Shown: positions 29,646 through 39,200 of the stretch, piece after piece | Layout of the letters: each line of letters begins with the position of its first letter | Position numbering within the stretch: the first letter of the stretch is position 1 | Assembly (NCBI GenBank): GCA_965208675.1 | Contig: OZ242351.1 | Location: 160,001 to 224,000, forward strand | From: Candidatus Poribacteria bacterium | GTDB taxonomy: Bacteria > Poribacteria > WGA-4E > PCPOR2b | Direction: 5' to 3' | Length of the DNA stretch: 64,000 nt | The notes under the pieces: generated by a model | The model's database searches: none | What the model saw: the letters and a program-made list of their open reading frames with translations, nothing else | Told to the model about the DNA's origin: nothing | Made by a program: the position numbers and the translations under genes

Positions 29646-29746
29646 TTACATTTCTCCCTGATGATCTGTTCAATCTCCATCTTCAACTTAGGAATATTAG
29701 ATTGCAGGACGAAACCTCGGAGGTAGCATTTATATTCTAGCGACAT
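29642..29746 (-). pseudogene. Internally deleted DUF86/HEPN toxin remnant (34 aa)
   Basis: MSLEYKCYLRGFVLQSNIPKLKMEIEQIIREKCK. Resembles HEPN N- and C-termini fused together, with no RxxxxH. Overlaps the MNT stop and the DUF499 start (ATGA). Confidence 0.65.
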
Positions 29747-30038
29747 ACTCGACCTCCTTTTCGATTCGCGACCTTAAGCGCGGTTTGACAGAGTCGGCGG
29801 TGACAAGGTCAATTTTTTTCTGAAAAAGATCTTCGAGGAAAATGCGCAACCCCATGTACCGATCGAATGACAGTTCCTCAAACTCTACAAGTAGGTCAAT
29901 GTCGCTGTCTGCGTGGGCAGCATCCTTGACATAAGAACCGAAGAGCCCGAGCCATATCACACCGTGTTCTTTCAGTGTATCCCGGTGGTCAAGAAGCATC
30001 TGTTTAATTTCGAGCTTAGTGAGAACCGGGGGCTTCAT
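29730..30038 (-). CDS. Minimal nucleotidyltransferase (MNT) antitoxin
   Basis: LGLFGSYVK...SDIDLLVEF, LEDLFQKKIDLVT, KPRLRSRIEKE. Confidence 0.92.
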   Translation of the reverse strand: MKPPVLTKLEIKQMLLDHRDTLKEHGVIWLGLFGSYVKDAAHADSDIDLLVEFEELSFDRYMGLRIFLEDLFQKKIDLVTADSVKPRLRSRIEKEVEYVARI

Positions 30039-30057
30039 TATGTCCTTTGCATGCGCG

Positions 30058-30369
30058 ATTCGTAGTTACGAATTTCTTTGCGCGCTTACACGACGCGTCG
30101 CAAATTACACTACCGAACCTGTTGATTGTTTGGTTTGTAGTAGCGCAATTCATTGCGCGTTTTTGCAGTAAAAGAGTTGTGCTACTACGAACCTGCCGAA
30201 TCCTGTTTGGTAGGCCTCTATTAAGTTTGTCTCAAATCTCAAAGTCTTACGACATGTGCGTTGACACAACGAGTCGCAAATCACACTACCGAATCTATTG
30301 ATTGTTTGGTTTGTAGTAGCGCAATTCATTGCGCGTTTTAACGGGCAATAAATTGCCCTCGTTCGAACC
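30058..30369. repeat. Cluster of REP doublets (REPIN/BIME-like) downstream of RAYT
   Basis: GGTTTGTAGTAGCGCAATTCATTGCGCGT at 30132 and 30308, with inverted partners ending at 30193 and 30369. An ~85-bp direct repeat (~30079-30164 and ~30257-30339) recurs with a 176-bp period. Confidence 0.85.
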
Positions 30370-30963
30370 TCACCAATCCCACCCTTTTCCATAATCTCGG
30401 ACAGGATAAGAGTTCCAGAGATCGTGTATCCACTCAACGCCAAAGTGCTTTTGATACCAATGTAAACTTGAACAAGTCCAACCTAACGGTTTTTGTACGT
30501 AATTATGTTTTGTTGGATTGTAATGAATATAGTTAATCGTCGTGTAATAGTGCCGTACACTTCGAATCTGCCGATCACTGAAAAGATGCCAAACTTTGCG
30601 TCCAGACTCGCTTTCACGATGATTCAAGCCTCGCGCCGTGCGGGCATGAACTCGACGCAAGGGCTGACTGATAACTGAAAATGGCTGACATTGAACCAAT
30701 AGATGATAATGATTTGGTAATACGACCCAGCTAGCAATAGATATTCCGACGACTTGTAGTTCTGTCAGTAACTCGTCCAGGAGCCACGCCCGATCTTCCT
30801 CTGTTTGGAAATGTCGTTTGTGTTCGTAAGTAGCAGCAGTAATCAGAAACCAGCCTTTGGCGCGATGAAAGTGAGGTGGTTCATGTAGTGGAAAGTTTCT
30901 CGACTGCCGCTGACGCAGGGTTTCAGTTTTGTGCTCGGGTGTTAGCGTACGATATCGGTACAT
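30370..30963 (-). mobile_element. REP-associated tyrosine transposase (RAYT, HUH/Y1 family)
   Basis: FLITAAT, WVVLPNHYHLL (HUH), KVW...DRQIRS, YIHYNP (catalytic Tyr), W..SS. Flanked by REPs on both sides. Confidence 0.9.
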
Positions 30964-30983
30964 ATTCTTAAGCCTAAGTGCTC

Positions 30984-31133
30984 GTTCGTAGTAACACAAT
31001 TCATTGTAGGTTTGTGATAAGAACGAATGATAAATACCCCTACTAAAAACTCAACCCTGCAATTGATTGGAGGTTCGTAGTAGCGCAATTCATTGCGCGT
31101 GCGGACGGGCAATAAATTGCCCTACTACAAACC
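30984..31133. repeat. REP doublets upstream of RAYT
   Basis: Intact doublet at 31072-31133: GGTTCGTAGTAGCGCAATTCATTGCGCGT-GCGG-ACGGGCAATAAATTGCCCTACTACAAACC. Decayed copy from 30984. Confidence 0.88.
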
Positions 31134-33811
31134 TAAAATAGCCTACCCTGCCTCATCTCTTCTCTAACCCTCTCCCGTCCAGCGAGGAACCCGTCCAACA
31201 GCTTCTTCTCTTTGCTTTCAATAGACAATGTTTCCGAAATCGCCTGCGCCACGCGATAAAACGCCTCGCTCTCTCCGTAGCCGCTTTCTGCGAGCGCGAC
31301 AATCAGTTCATCTCGCTGCCCCTTTTCCCAGAGTAACAGGGCACGGTGCAAAAGGTCAATTAGTTCCCCAGTGTGCTTGAGGTCGTCCATCTTCCGGTTT
31401 TGTGGACCATGGACGCGAACATATGCCTTTTCCTTGACGACAAAACTCTTTCTACTCCACTCGCGGGCGAGGTCGACGCCGCAAGACTGCGCCAACTTCC
31501 GTGCATCGTCAAACTGGACACGTGCCTCTTTATATTCCCACCGCCAGAGAACGTAAAAGCGGGTAAGATCGGAGATTTCGCCCGCGAATCCATTTTGTAG
31601 AATTTGCCGCACTGCGTAATCGGTGGCAATCTCCCGTACATCGTCGAGCAGACGATCGGCGCGGGCAACACGTCCCTCATAGTCCATCACCTTATCGTAT
31701 TTGCCAAAAACCTCAATGGCGGAGCCGATGGCGGCTATGAAAAAGTCGGCACCGCTTAAGCCCTCCTCCCAGAGTCGCTGGAGTTTAGCATTGAGGTGCG
31801 TTGTCAACTCCGCTTTGACTTCATTGTAGAAGCCGGTAGGTTCACGTTCAATCTTCCGGGCGACGATATAAATGGAGGATGCAAGAGAGGCGGTCTCCAT
31901 GGCGTTTATTCTTCCTGTCATCTCTGTATTTATTGGCCAAGCACCCGTCACGATTAATCCAGAATCAAGCAATGAATTTATCAGAGTTTCCCAGCCCTCG
32001 GTTGATTTGTGGGCATATACAATGGTTGCCACACCGTCGTGTTTTAAAACACGGTAGATTTCCTGAAAGGATTGCTTAAGTTTCTCCTCAAAAAAACACT
32101 TCGCCGCGCTTTTTCCACCTTTTCGATATGGAGCAGACACTATTTCATTTGATTTAGGCGTTAACGGTGTTGAAAATAATTCTGGATACAAATTCCCTAC
32201 CGTCCTTTTTAGCCAGACGTAAAAAAAATCGGACAAGCTAGCATACCCAATATTGTCGTAATACGGCGGATCTGTGAATGCAGCATCGAAGAAATTATCA
32301 GGATAAGGAAGATTTGTAGCAGAGGACTGAGTGATTGTAGCCATGGCCGATGAACAAGAGTTGCCAATGTCTAATGGTTCTCTTATAGTTTCTATTGAGT
32401 TAATCCAACTCGTGCTTATTTTCCCTAAGCAATTTACCTCAAAGTAATCGAAAACCATTGGTATTGCATTTCTACCACTAAACACATGTATGTTTTGTTC
32501 CGATCCAACCTTCCATCTACAAAAGGATGTTGAAAACGAGGTTAATCTGTCTACTGCTAACGACAAATAACTCACCACTACTTTCGTATATTCCTCATGG
32601 TATCCTTCGGTCACCATCTTTTGGCACACTATCTTGACTTTTTCAGCGAGAGTAATCAATGTAAGCTTCTGCCTTGAATTGAATAGTTGGCCCCATTCAT
32701 TAAAGCCGTAACCCCTTCCTGCGACTGTGTCGGGGTTACTGGTGTTCATTTGCTCATTTGGCACTGAATCCAATCCCCATTCAGACGTCAACTGCTGCCG
32801 TTTATCTGTAAGGAACGCCTTGGCGGATTCAAACACCGAAAGATCAAGATCCGTAACCACGCGATAAAGCTTTCCGGTTGTGCCCGGCTTGTGTGTTACA
32901 ACGGCGATCATTCGTTCTCCCGCTTTCCCATCCTTAAACAACTGTCGTGTCAACTTCGCTTCTACGGTACCACGGCAGACAGGACACACCACCACAGCAC
33001 GTGAAACGGTGCCTTTAATCGGGTCAAAATTGTGGGGCACCGGTTCGTAACCATCGCCCACAATCTTGAAGTTTAATTCCTCATTGTCACTCAAAGGATA
33101 GAGTGAAACCTTCTTTTTGGGCTTATTCGCTAACCAGAAATGCCCCATTAGCGGAATTTCCGCCCCACACGACGGATTTTGACATGGAATCGTCCTCGCC
33201 CAGATCCACCCGACTGGGATTGAACCGTCGTTATCTTCTGGATAAAATCGCCCCAGTTCTCTTTTCGCCTCCGCAAGCACCCACGTACCCCATTTCTTGA
33301 CATCTTGGAACAAAGAATTTTGGGCTGGCTCGTTAAAATTAAGTTCTTCAGAGGCGCTTTTTATTGATCGTCCGAACTTCTGCGGGTATTGCAGCGTGCA
33401 CTTCTGAATCAGAACCGCAACAGGGTTGAGGTCGTTGGAATAGGTTTCACAGCCAAGCCGAAGCGCCTCCAGTGGAATTGCCCCGCCACCTCCAAAGGGA
33501 TCGAGAACTTTTGGAGGAACGCCTCCGTTGGCTTCGAGAATTTCTCTTCGTGCCGTTTCAATTATATTAGAGTTTAGTGAGTTTTCCCACTTTGAGAGAT
33601 CACTGATAAAATTCCGTTTCCTGTTCCAATCCTCGGTGTCTTTGGGCGGCGGAGTCAAGGCGGCGTAAGCGGTAGCGCGTGATGCGGCAAGTGGTCGCCG
33701 TGCCCACCAGAGATGGAGCTTTGAGATATGTCCGTATGGTGGAATCTTTTCATTAGCAGATTGCTCGCTGACTTCTTTGACGGGGAAACTCTCTTCAATG
33801 AAACGTTTCAT
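31133..33811 (-). CDS. DUF1156-domain adenine-specific DNA methyltransferase with Zn ribbon
   Basis: LHLWWARRPLAASRA, motif I VLDPFGGGGAIPLEA, DLNPVA, CQNPSC..CPVC, LFNSRQ, motif IV FTDPPYYDN. Confidence 0.93.
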   Translation of the reverse strand: MKRFIEESFPVKEVSEQSANEKIPPYGHISKLHLWWARRPLAASRATAYAALTPPPKDTEDWNRKRNFISDLSKWENSLNSNIIETARREILEANGGVPPKVLDPFGGGGAIPLEALRLGCETYSNDLNPVAVLIQKCTLQYPQKFGRSIKSASEELNFNEPAQNSLFQDVKKWGTWVLAEAKRELGRFYPEDNDGSIPVGWIWARTIPCQNPSCGAEIPLMGHFWLANKPKKKVSLYPLSDNEELNFKIVGDGYEPVPHNFDPIKGTVSRAVVVCPVCRGTVEAKLTRQLFKDGKAGERMIAVVTHKPGTTGKLYRVVTDLDLSVFESAKAFLTDKRQQLTSEWGLDSVPNEQMNTSNPDTVAGRGYGFNEWGQLFNSRQKLTLITLAEKVKIVCQKMVTEGYHEEYTKVVVSYLSLAVDRLTSFSTSFCRWKVGSEQNIHVFSGRNAIPMVFDYFEVNCLGKISTSWINSIETIREPLDIGNSCSSAMATITQSSATNLPYPDNFFDAAFTDPPYYDNIGYASLSDFFYVWLKRTVGNLYPELFSTPLTPKSNEIVSAPYRKGGKSAAKCFFEEKLKQSFQEIYRVLKHDGVATIVYAHKSTEGWETLINSLLDSGLIVTGAWPINTEMTGRINAMETASLASSIYIVARKIEREPTGFYNEVKAELTTHLNAKLQRLWEEGLSGADFFIAAIGSAIEVFGKYDKVMDYEGRVARADRLLDDVREIATDYAVRQILQNGFAGEISDLTRFYVLWRWEYKEARVQFDDARKLAQSCGVDLAREWSRKSFVVKEKAYVRVHGPQNRKMDDLKHTGELIDLLHRALLLWEKGQRDELIVALAESGYGESEAFYRVAQAISETLSIESKEKKLLDGFLAGRERVREEMRQGRLF

Positions 33812-34032
33812 TCCAGTTCCTCTTGTCCCATTTTTCGATTCTTAGCTAGTTTACGTAGCGCAGACTCGACCCTCCATTCTGACGCCTTTTCCTGAAGTTC
33901 AACCGAGGTATACTCACTTCGAAACTCTCCCAAGCCACCAATCCAACTTAATTTTGGCTTCTTTTGTCGCCGAAACTCCTCTTCAGTTGAGTAGGAATCT
34001 TGATTGCATTTATCAAAGACGTTAGATTTCAT
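33808..34032 (-). CDS. DUF2281-like small protein, N-terminally truncated or altered
   Basis: KKPKLSWIGGLGEFRSEYTSVELQEKASEWR resembles the DUF2281 C-terminal half. Coupled to the MTase start by ATGA. Confidence 0.55.
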   Translation of the reverse strand: MKSNVFDKCNQDSYSTEEEFRRQKKPKLSWIGGLGEFRSEYTSVELQEKASEWRVESALRKLAKNRKMGQEELE

Positions 34033-34054
34033 AATGTGTATCCCGCCGCTTTTT

Positions 34055-34081
34055 GGTTCGTAGTAGCGCAATTCATTGCGC
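34055..34081 (+). repeat. Single REP of the RAYT-associated family
   Basis: GGTTCGTAGTAGCGCAATTCATTGCGC. Confidence 0.85.
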
Positions 34082-34195
34082 ATTGGGTTAAGTGAAAAGT
34101 TGTCCTGCAATATACGGGCAAAGTATCGCATGCATTCGAGTCAGCGCGTTGTTTCTATACCGGCACGCGATCCACGACGTAATTTTAGGTGCATC

Positions 34196-36220
34196 TTAAG
34201 AAGCCCCGGTTTTTCCTTCGCCGAAAGCACTGCGAATCTCTTTGAAGAGCTTAATGGCTTTACACCGCGTTTCATCAGGCAACGCACTGGCATCGTTCAT
34301 ACCGCTAAGCTTTTTTTGCAATCGCTTTGCGATTGGTCCCTTGTTGATTTTAATATCTCTTTCGTTCATGAAACGCTCAACTCTTTTCCAGAGTATGTCA
34401 TTACCCTGTAACGTAATCTCTTCTACACCAGCGTTTGCAAGTTGTTTGCTGTAAGCATCTTTAACAATCTCCACAAAAAAATATTCAGGGAAAAGATCTT
34501 CAATCGCAAAATCACCACAGGCACTTACAGCATCGCCTAGTAGAATAACTTCGGTTTGATTCTTTTTATATCTCTCAAGCCACTGTTTAACGAGTTTATC
34601 CCGAGCACGTCTTCCCTCATCGTCAGAGTCAAACAAGGCAACCACGTTAAGATTCTGCCCAATCATAAAGGTCGTAATATGGACGGCGGGCGAGGCGCCA
34701 CCCCCCGCTGTAATAAGGACATCCTTTGGTAGAGCTTCCTCCCCATGTTGTTGGAGTAAGTTTGATAGCTCCGTGAGGATCCAGTAATCATCAACCCCCT
34801 CTACAACAAGATTGCGTTCGGCGACGAGAAAACTGTGTGAGGCATCCATTCCTAACGCCGCCTGAAGCACCAGTTTTGCTTCTGGTGGACTTTCCGTAAA
34901 GTTAGTTGTCACTACAATACCATTATCTGTTTCTGTCAATATTCGGATGCGGGCTGGGCAGTTGAGATCGATCATGAAGGGGAGATGTGTCGTATAGAGA
35001 AGCGTATTCCCCTTTGCATAGTGTTCAAGACGACGCAGTAGGTCTTTTTGAGCATCAGGATGAAGATGAAGCCCTGGTTCGTCCAGAAGAACGACACAGC
35101 CTTCAAACGTTCCTCCACTCTCATGCATAAACATGAGATCGAAGGAAAAAAACCACTGAAATCCTTTCGATCTTTCCTCTAGCCGAATGAGCGCTGGATC
35201 ATGATCGTCCTTTACGAAAGTGAAGAAACGCTGACCATCGGCACGGTATTCAACTTCATAGCGACGCTGACGAAGTCGATTCGAGATTTCACTCGTTAGC
35301 GTTGCGGCACCATCATCAAGATCTAATTGCCGTTGCTCAATTTGTTCCTCATTACCCTGCCCTAACTGAATCAGCTCGTCCAGGTCAAGAATAGATAAGC
35401 CAAGGATTGTTAAGAATGTGTTATCTGCGTCTGTGAGATGATTTTGGTCTTGTCGAGATTTAATCTCATCGAGCTGCGCGGTACCGCTGAAGGTCCTATA
35501 GTCGGACATATAGATAAAGGTGGGTAAATTATCGGTAATGTAATCGGCTGCTTCTAATCGGACAGAGGGTATTTGTTCAAGCGCAGGAACAACATTTTCA
35601 AGGCTAGAAAGGTACTGGTTCAAAAAATATTCCTCGATTTGCAGTGGTGGATCCGAAGGTGATAGCGAATCCTGCAACAACGCAGCGTGCTTTTCAGCTA
35701 TTTCACTCAACTCTACGAATTGCCCTTTAACAGCAAGGTGACACAATTCTTTTAGGCATTCCTCCGCGATTTCTTTGAAGCGGCCACCAAAGTCGTTTTC
35801 AATCTTGGGCACGCTTTCAAGAGCGTTATTGACGGATTTTGGGTCGAGTTCATGTAAGAAAATTCCCTCCGGGAAGTCTACCTCCAATTCCCCTGCATAA
35901 TTCCGTGAAACTTCCACAATATCTGGAAAGTTTTCCCGATTCGTAATTTGGGCGAGATAAGATTTCTCTTGGTCTGAAAGTCGAAAGCTTGCCCGACAGA
36001 CTTCTTGTTCTTCACTCCGCTCTCTTCGATGAGCACGAGGCCATTCCCTGTCCATCTGGTATTGATCCGGGCTGTAAGGGTTGAGTTTATGAAGTGCCTT
36101 CAGAAGGGAAGTCTTGCCCGACTCATTCTTACCGACTAGCACCGTTAGGGGATTCACGTCAACCCAGCCAGAATCACGAATTCCTTTGTACATTTTTACA
36201 CGAAAGGCAATTAGGTCCAT
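34196..36220 (-). CDS. OLD-family ABC-ATPase/TOPRIM nuclease
   Basis: Walker A GKNESGKT, signature RSKGFQW, Walker B/D-loop LLDEPGLHLHP, H-loop TTH, TOPRIM VVEGVDD and FDSD, IEDLF. Confidence 0.88.
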   Translation of the reverse strand: MDLIAFRVKMYKGIRDSGWVDVNPLTVLVGKNESGKTSLLKALHKLNPYSPDQYQMDREWPRAHRRERSEEQEVCRASFRLSDQEKSYLAQITNRENFPDIVEVSRNYAGELEVDFPEGIFLHELDPKSVNNALESVPKIENDFGGRFKEIAEECLKELCHLAVKGQFVELSEIAEKHAALLQDSLSPSDPPLQIEEYFLNQYLSSLENVVPALEQIPSVRLEAADYITDNLPTFIYMSDYRTFSGTAQLDEIKSRQDQNHLTDADNTFLTILGLSILDLDELIQLGQGNEEQIEQRQLDLDDGAATLTSEISNRLRQRRYEVEYRADGQRFFTFVKDDHDPALIRLEERSKGFQWFFSFDLMFMHESGGTFEGCVVLLDEPGLHLHPDAQKDLLRRLEHYAKGNTLLYTTHLPFMIDLNCPARIRILTETDNGIVVTTNFTESPPEAKLVLQAALGMDASHSFLVAERNLVVEGVDDYWILTELSNLLQQHGEEALPKDVLITAGGGASPAVHITTFMIGQNLNVVALFDSDDEGRRARDKLVKQWLERYKKNQTEVILLGDAVSACGDFAIEDLFPEYFFVEIVKDAYSKQLANAGVEEITLQGNDILWKRVERFMNERDIKINKGPIAKRLQKKLSGMNDASALPDETRCKAIKLFKEIRSAFGEGKTGAS

Positions 36221-36277
36221 AGGAAAATCTCAACTCTCCCAGATTCGTTATATTTTGTCGATATATCCTCTACACCG

Positions 36278-39200
36278 TCAGCGCAAATGGATTTCCTCAT
36301 TGCATTTTACCCCTTTTTTCTGAATTTCATCCAGAGAGATCAGATGCCGAACCACTTCAATCTGCTCTTCAGGGTGCGTCTCCTCGGCTGGGTTCTGGAT
36401 TGTGTACAGGACAGGCTGCGTTCTTGCGTTGAGTACGGCGTAAAGGAAATAGTCCGATTTGAACTGCTTGGCTTTGAACCACTCATTTTGCGTCAAAGAC
36501 ACGGCGCCAAGCCCGGCTCGCGCTTTGACTTCGATATACCGTTTCACCCCTCCCTTATCTGTTGAGCGGACATCGAAACCCAGGTTATCGGAGGAAACGT
36601 CTTCGGGCGTGCGTCCATATTGCCGTTCGTACCCCATCGCCACCTCCATGCCGATGCGCTCAATTTCCGGATCGCTTTTCATGGCTGAAGTTTCAGTTGG
36701 CGCGGGAATTACCCGGATCGCACCGAGGTAATTGGGCGTACTCTGGGTCAGGTTGCCTTCTTGGGCAGTGGTTAGTTCTAACGTTTTGAGGCTATCTTCG
36801 TAATCCTGCTTCTTTTCCTCCTTGTTGCGCACGAGGCGATCGACATTTTCACCCTTCTCGCGGCGCTCATAGAGCGAAATCAAATCGCTGTCCAGTTGGA
36901 GGATGAGGTAGTTAAGCGACTTGAGTCCATACTTCTCTTTAATCGCCGCCTGCCGTTTCCGTTCAACTGTAAGTTCGTCCTTATAAGCCCGAAGCACAGG
37001 TATTATATCAGGCATGACTATGGCTTTCAAGCCATCAGTGTCTTCCGATGCGACTTGCTGTGAACTTTCCGCTAGGTCCCAGATAACTGTGGGGTCAATA
37101 GGTTCGACCATTTTTGTATCGGTGCTCACATAGAAAGCAAACAGCCGCGCCCCTGCAACCTGCCCCTTGCCGTCGCGAATCTCGCCCTCATAGAACAGGA
37201 TGACGCCGTCCCAACTCCCGTCGGGGTCCTCAAAAACCGCCCCTTGTGTCAGGTTGTCCGTGAGGTTTTCATCCACCCAACCGAGCACGGCTTCAAACAC
37301 TGGATGACCAAAGGAGATGAACTCCGCGTCCGGGTTTCTGAACGCGAGTTCTTTTTCGAAAGTGGCTTTCGGATAAGATTTCATTATCCCGCCGTGTTTC
37401 CGCTTGAAGGCATCTTTTTCGGCAATCCTGCGAATCGGCACCGGAATCCTTTCAATTGCTAGAAATCCATCGCGTCGGTCTCGCAGCCTTCCGTTGAACG
37501 GCGCGACGGCTTTTCGGAAAAAGGCTTCCGTATATTCAGGAATCAGACGCCTTTCCCGTGCGCGTTCCGCCATCTCTCCGAGTCGAGTGTAGTCGATGTA
37601 ACGCGTGGCAAGGCTTTCGCCCAAGTTTTCTTTGACTTCGGCAATGTAATTTTCATTTACTTCAATGTTAATTTCTGCGAGAATCTCTTCGGTGCTCTTT
37701 GCGTTGGCTGCCGCCTCTAGCATTAGGTGATTGAGATTCACGTCGTATAACACTTCGTTCAACACGTCGAACACTTTGTCGCTTCCCAGGGCGTTTTTGA
37801 TCTCGTCAATCTTCTGAAAAAGCGCCGTCATCACCTCGCCTTCTCGCGTGTCCTTGGCGACGAGGTTATAGACGAATACCTCGCGCGTCTGGCCGTAGCG
37901 GTGGATTCGCCCCATGCGTTGTTCCAGGCGGTTGGGATTCCACGGCAGATCGTAGTTAATCATCAGGTGGCAGAACTGAAGATTGATGCCTTCACCAGCA
38001 GCTTCCGTGGCAATCATAATCTGGCTTTGGTTTTTGAATTCGCTCTCCGCCTCAATCCGCTCTTCGAGTCTCAATCCGCCGTGAATCACCGTGACGGTAT
38101 ATCCCCAACCCTCCATTTTGCGCTGAAGGTATGCCAAAGTATCCCTCGATTCGGTGAAGATGAGGATTTTTTCCCCGCGGAAACGATCCTCCAAATCGTC
38201 CAGCGTCCGCTTTAACTCTCCAAGTTTGAGTTCGCTTTCGTCATCAATTATCGTCCTCGCCAAATCAGCCAAGGTTTCAAGCGTTTCAATTTCGCGTTCC
38301 AGTTCCTCTCGATTTTCGGCGACAGAAAGCGTCTCCCAAATCTCCTCCTCCTTCCACCGTTCCTCCTCGCTCAAATCGTCGATGGTCTCAAAATCGTGGA
38401 CGTATTCCGTTCGTTTTCTTTCGACGGCGCCTTCCAACAATTCGCAGAGGCGCACTCGCCGCCGCTTCAGCGAAGTAAGCAGTGCATAGGTGCTTGACGC
38501 GAGTCGGCGCTGCAGGATAACGAGCGCAAACGCCACGTTGTTCCGTTTGTCCTTAGTCAGCGCCTTATTATATTGGCTATGAACATACTTGGAAAGCGCG
38601 TTGTAGAGTTCCATTTCGTGCGGAGAATCAACGCCGAGGTTGAAAGGAAGCGTCGTGACGTGCCGGGGCAAAAACAGCGGTTTACCCTCAAAATCCTTCA
38701 AATCTTCTTTCACCCGGCGGATAAAGAGCGGATTGTCCCCCGCCGTGACGGATTCACGTAAATCTTGACTGGTGGCGAAGAAGCCCGGTTCAAGCAGATC
38801 CAGGAACAATCGAAAATTCTCAGGGTCGCCCTTGTGCGGCGTAGCGGTGAGGAAGAGGAGATGGGTTGCTGATTTTGATAGCATCTCGCCCAGCCGATAA
38901 CGACTCGTCTTGTCGAGTTTATCGCCGTACTGGTACGCCGCCATCTTGTGCGCCTCATCTACAATAACCAGATCGAAGGGGGCTGACGCAATTGCGGGCA
39001 TGACATCGTCGCGTTTGGCAAAATCAATGGAGGTGATAATCTGGGACTCGCGGCTCCACGGATTTTCACCGGGTACCGAATCGAGAACGGCGCGATCCAT
39101 AATACGGAAACTCTCTTCAAACCGCTCCTTCAATTCCCTTCGCCACTGGTCTTTGAGATGCCCTGGCGCGACAATCAGTGTCCGGGAAATCAGATGACGG

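Noticed and set aside
30058-30369. Possible mini-CRISPR next to a nuclease
   Set aside because: The repeats are inverted REP doublets with GTAG ends beside a RAYT, not direct repeat-spacer units.
34196-36220. Gabija system
   Set aside because: No UvrD-like GajB is adjacent; the neighbouring helicase is SNF2-type.
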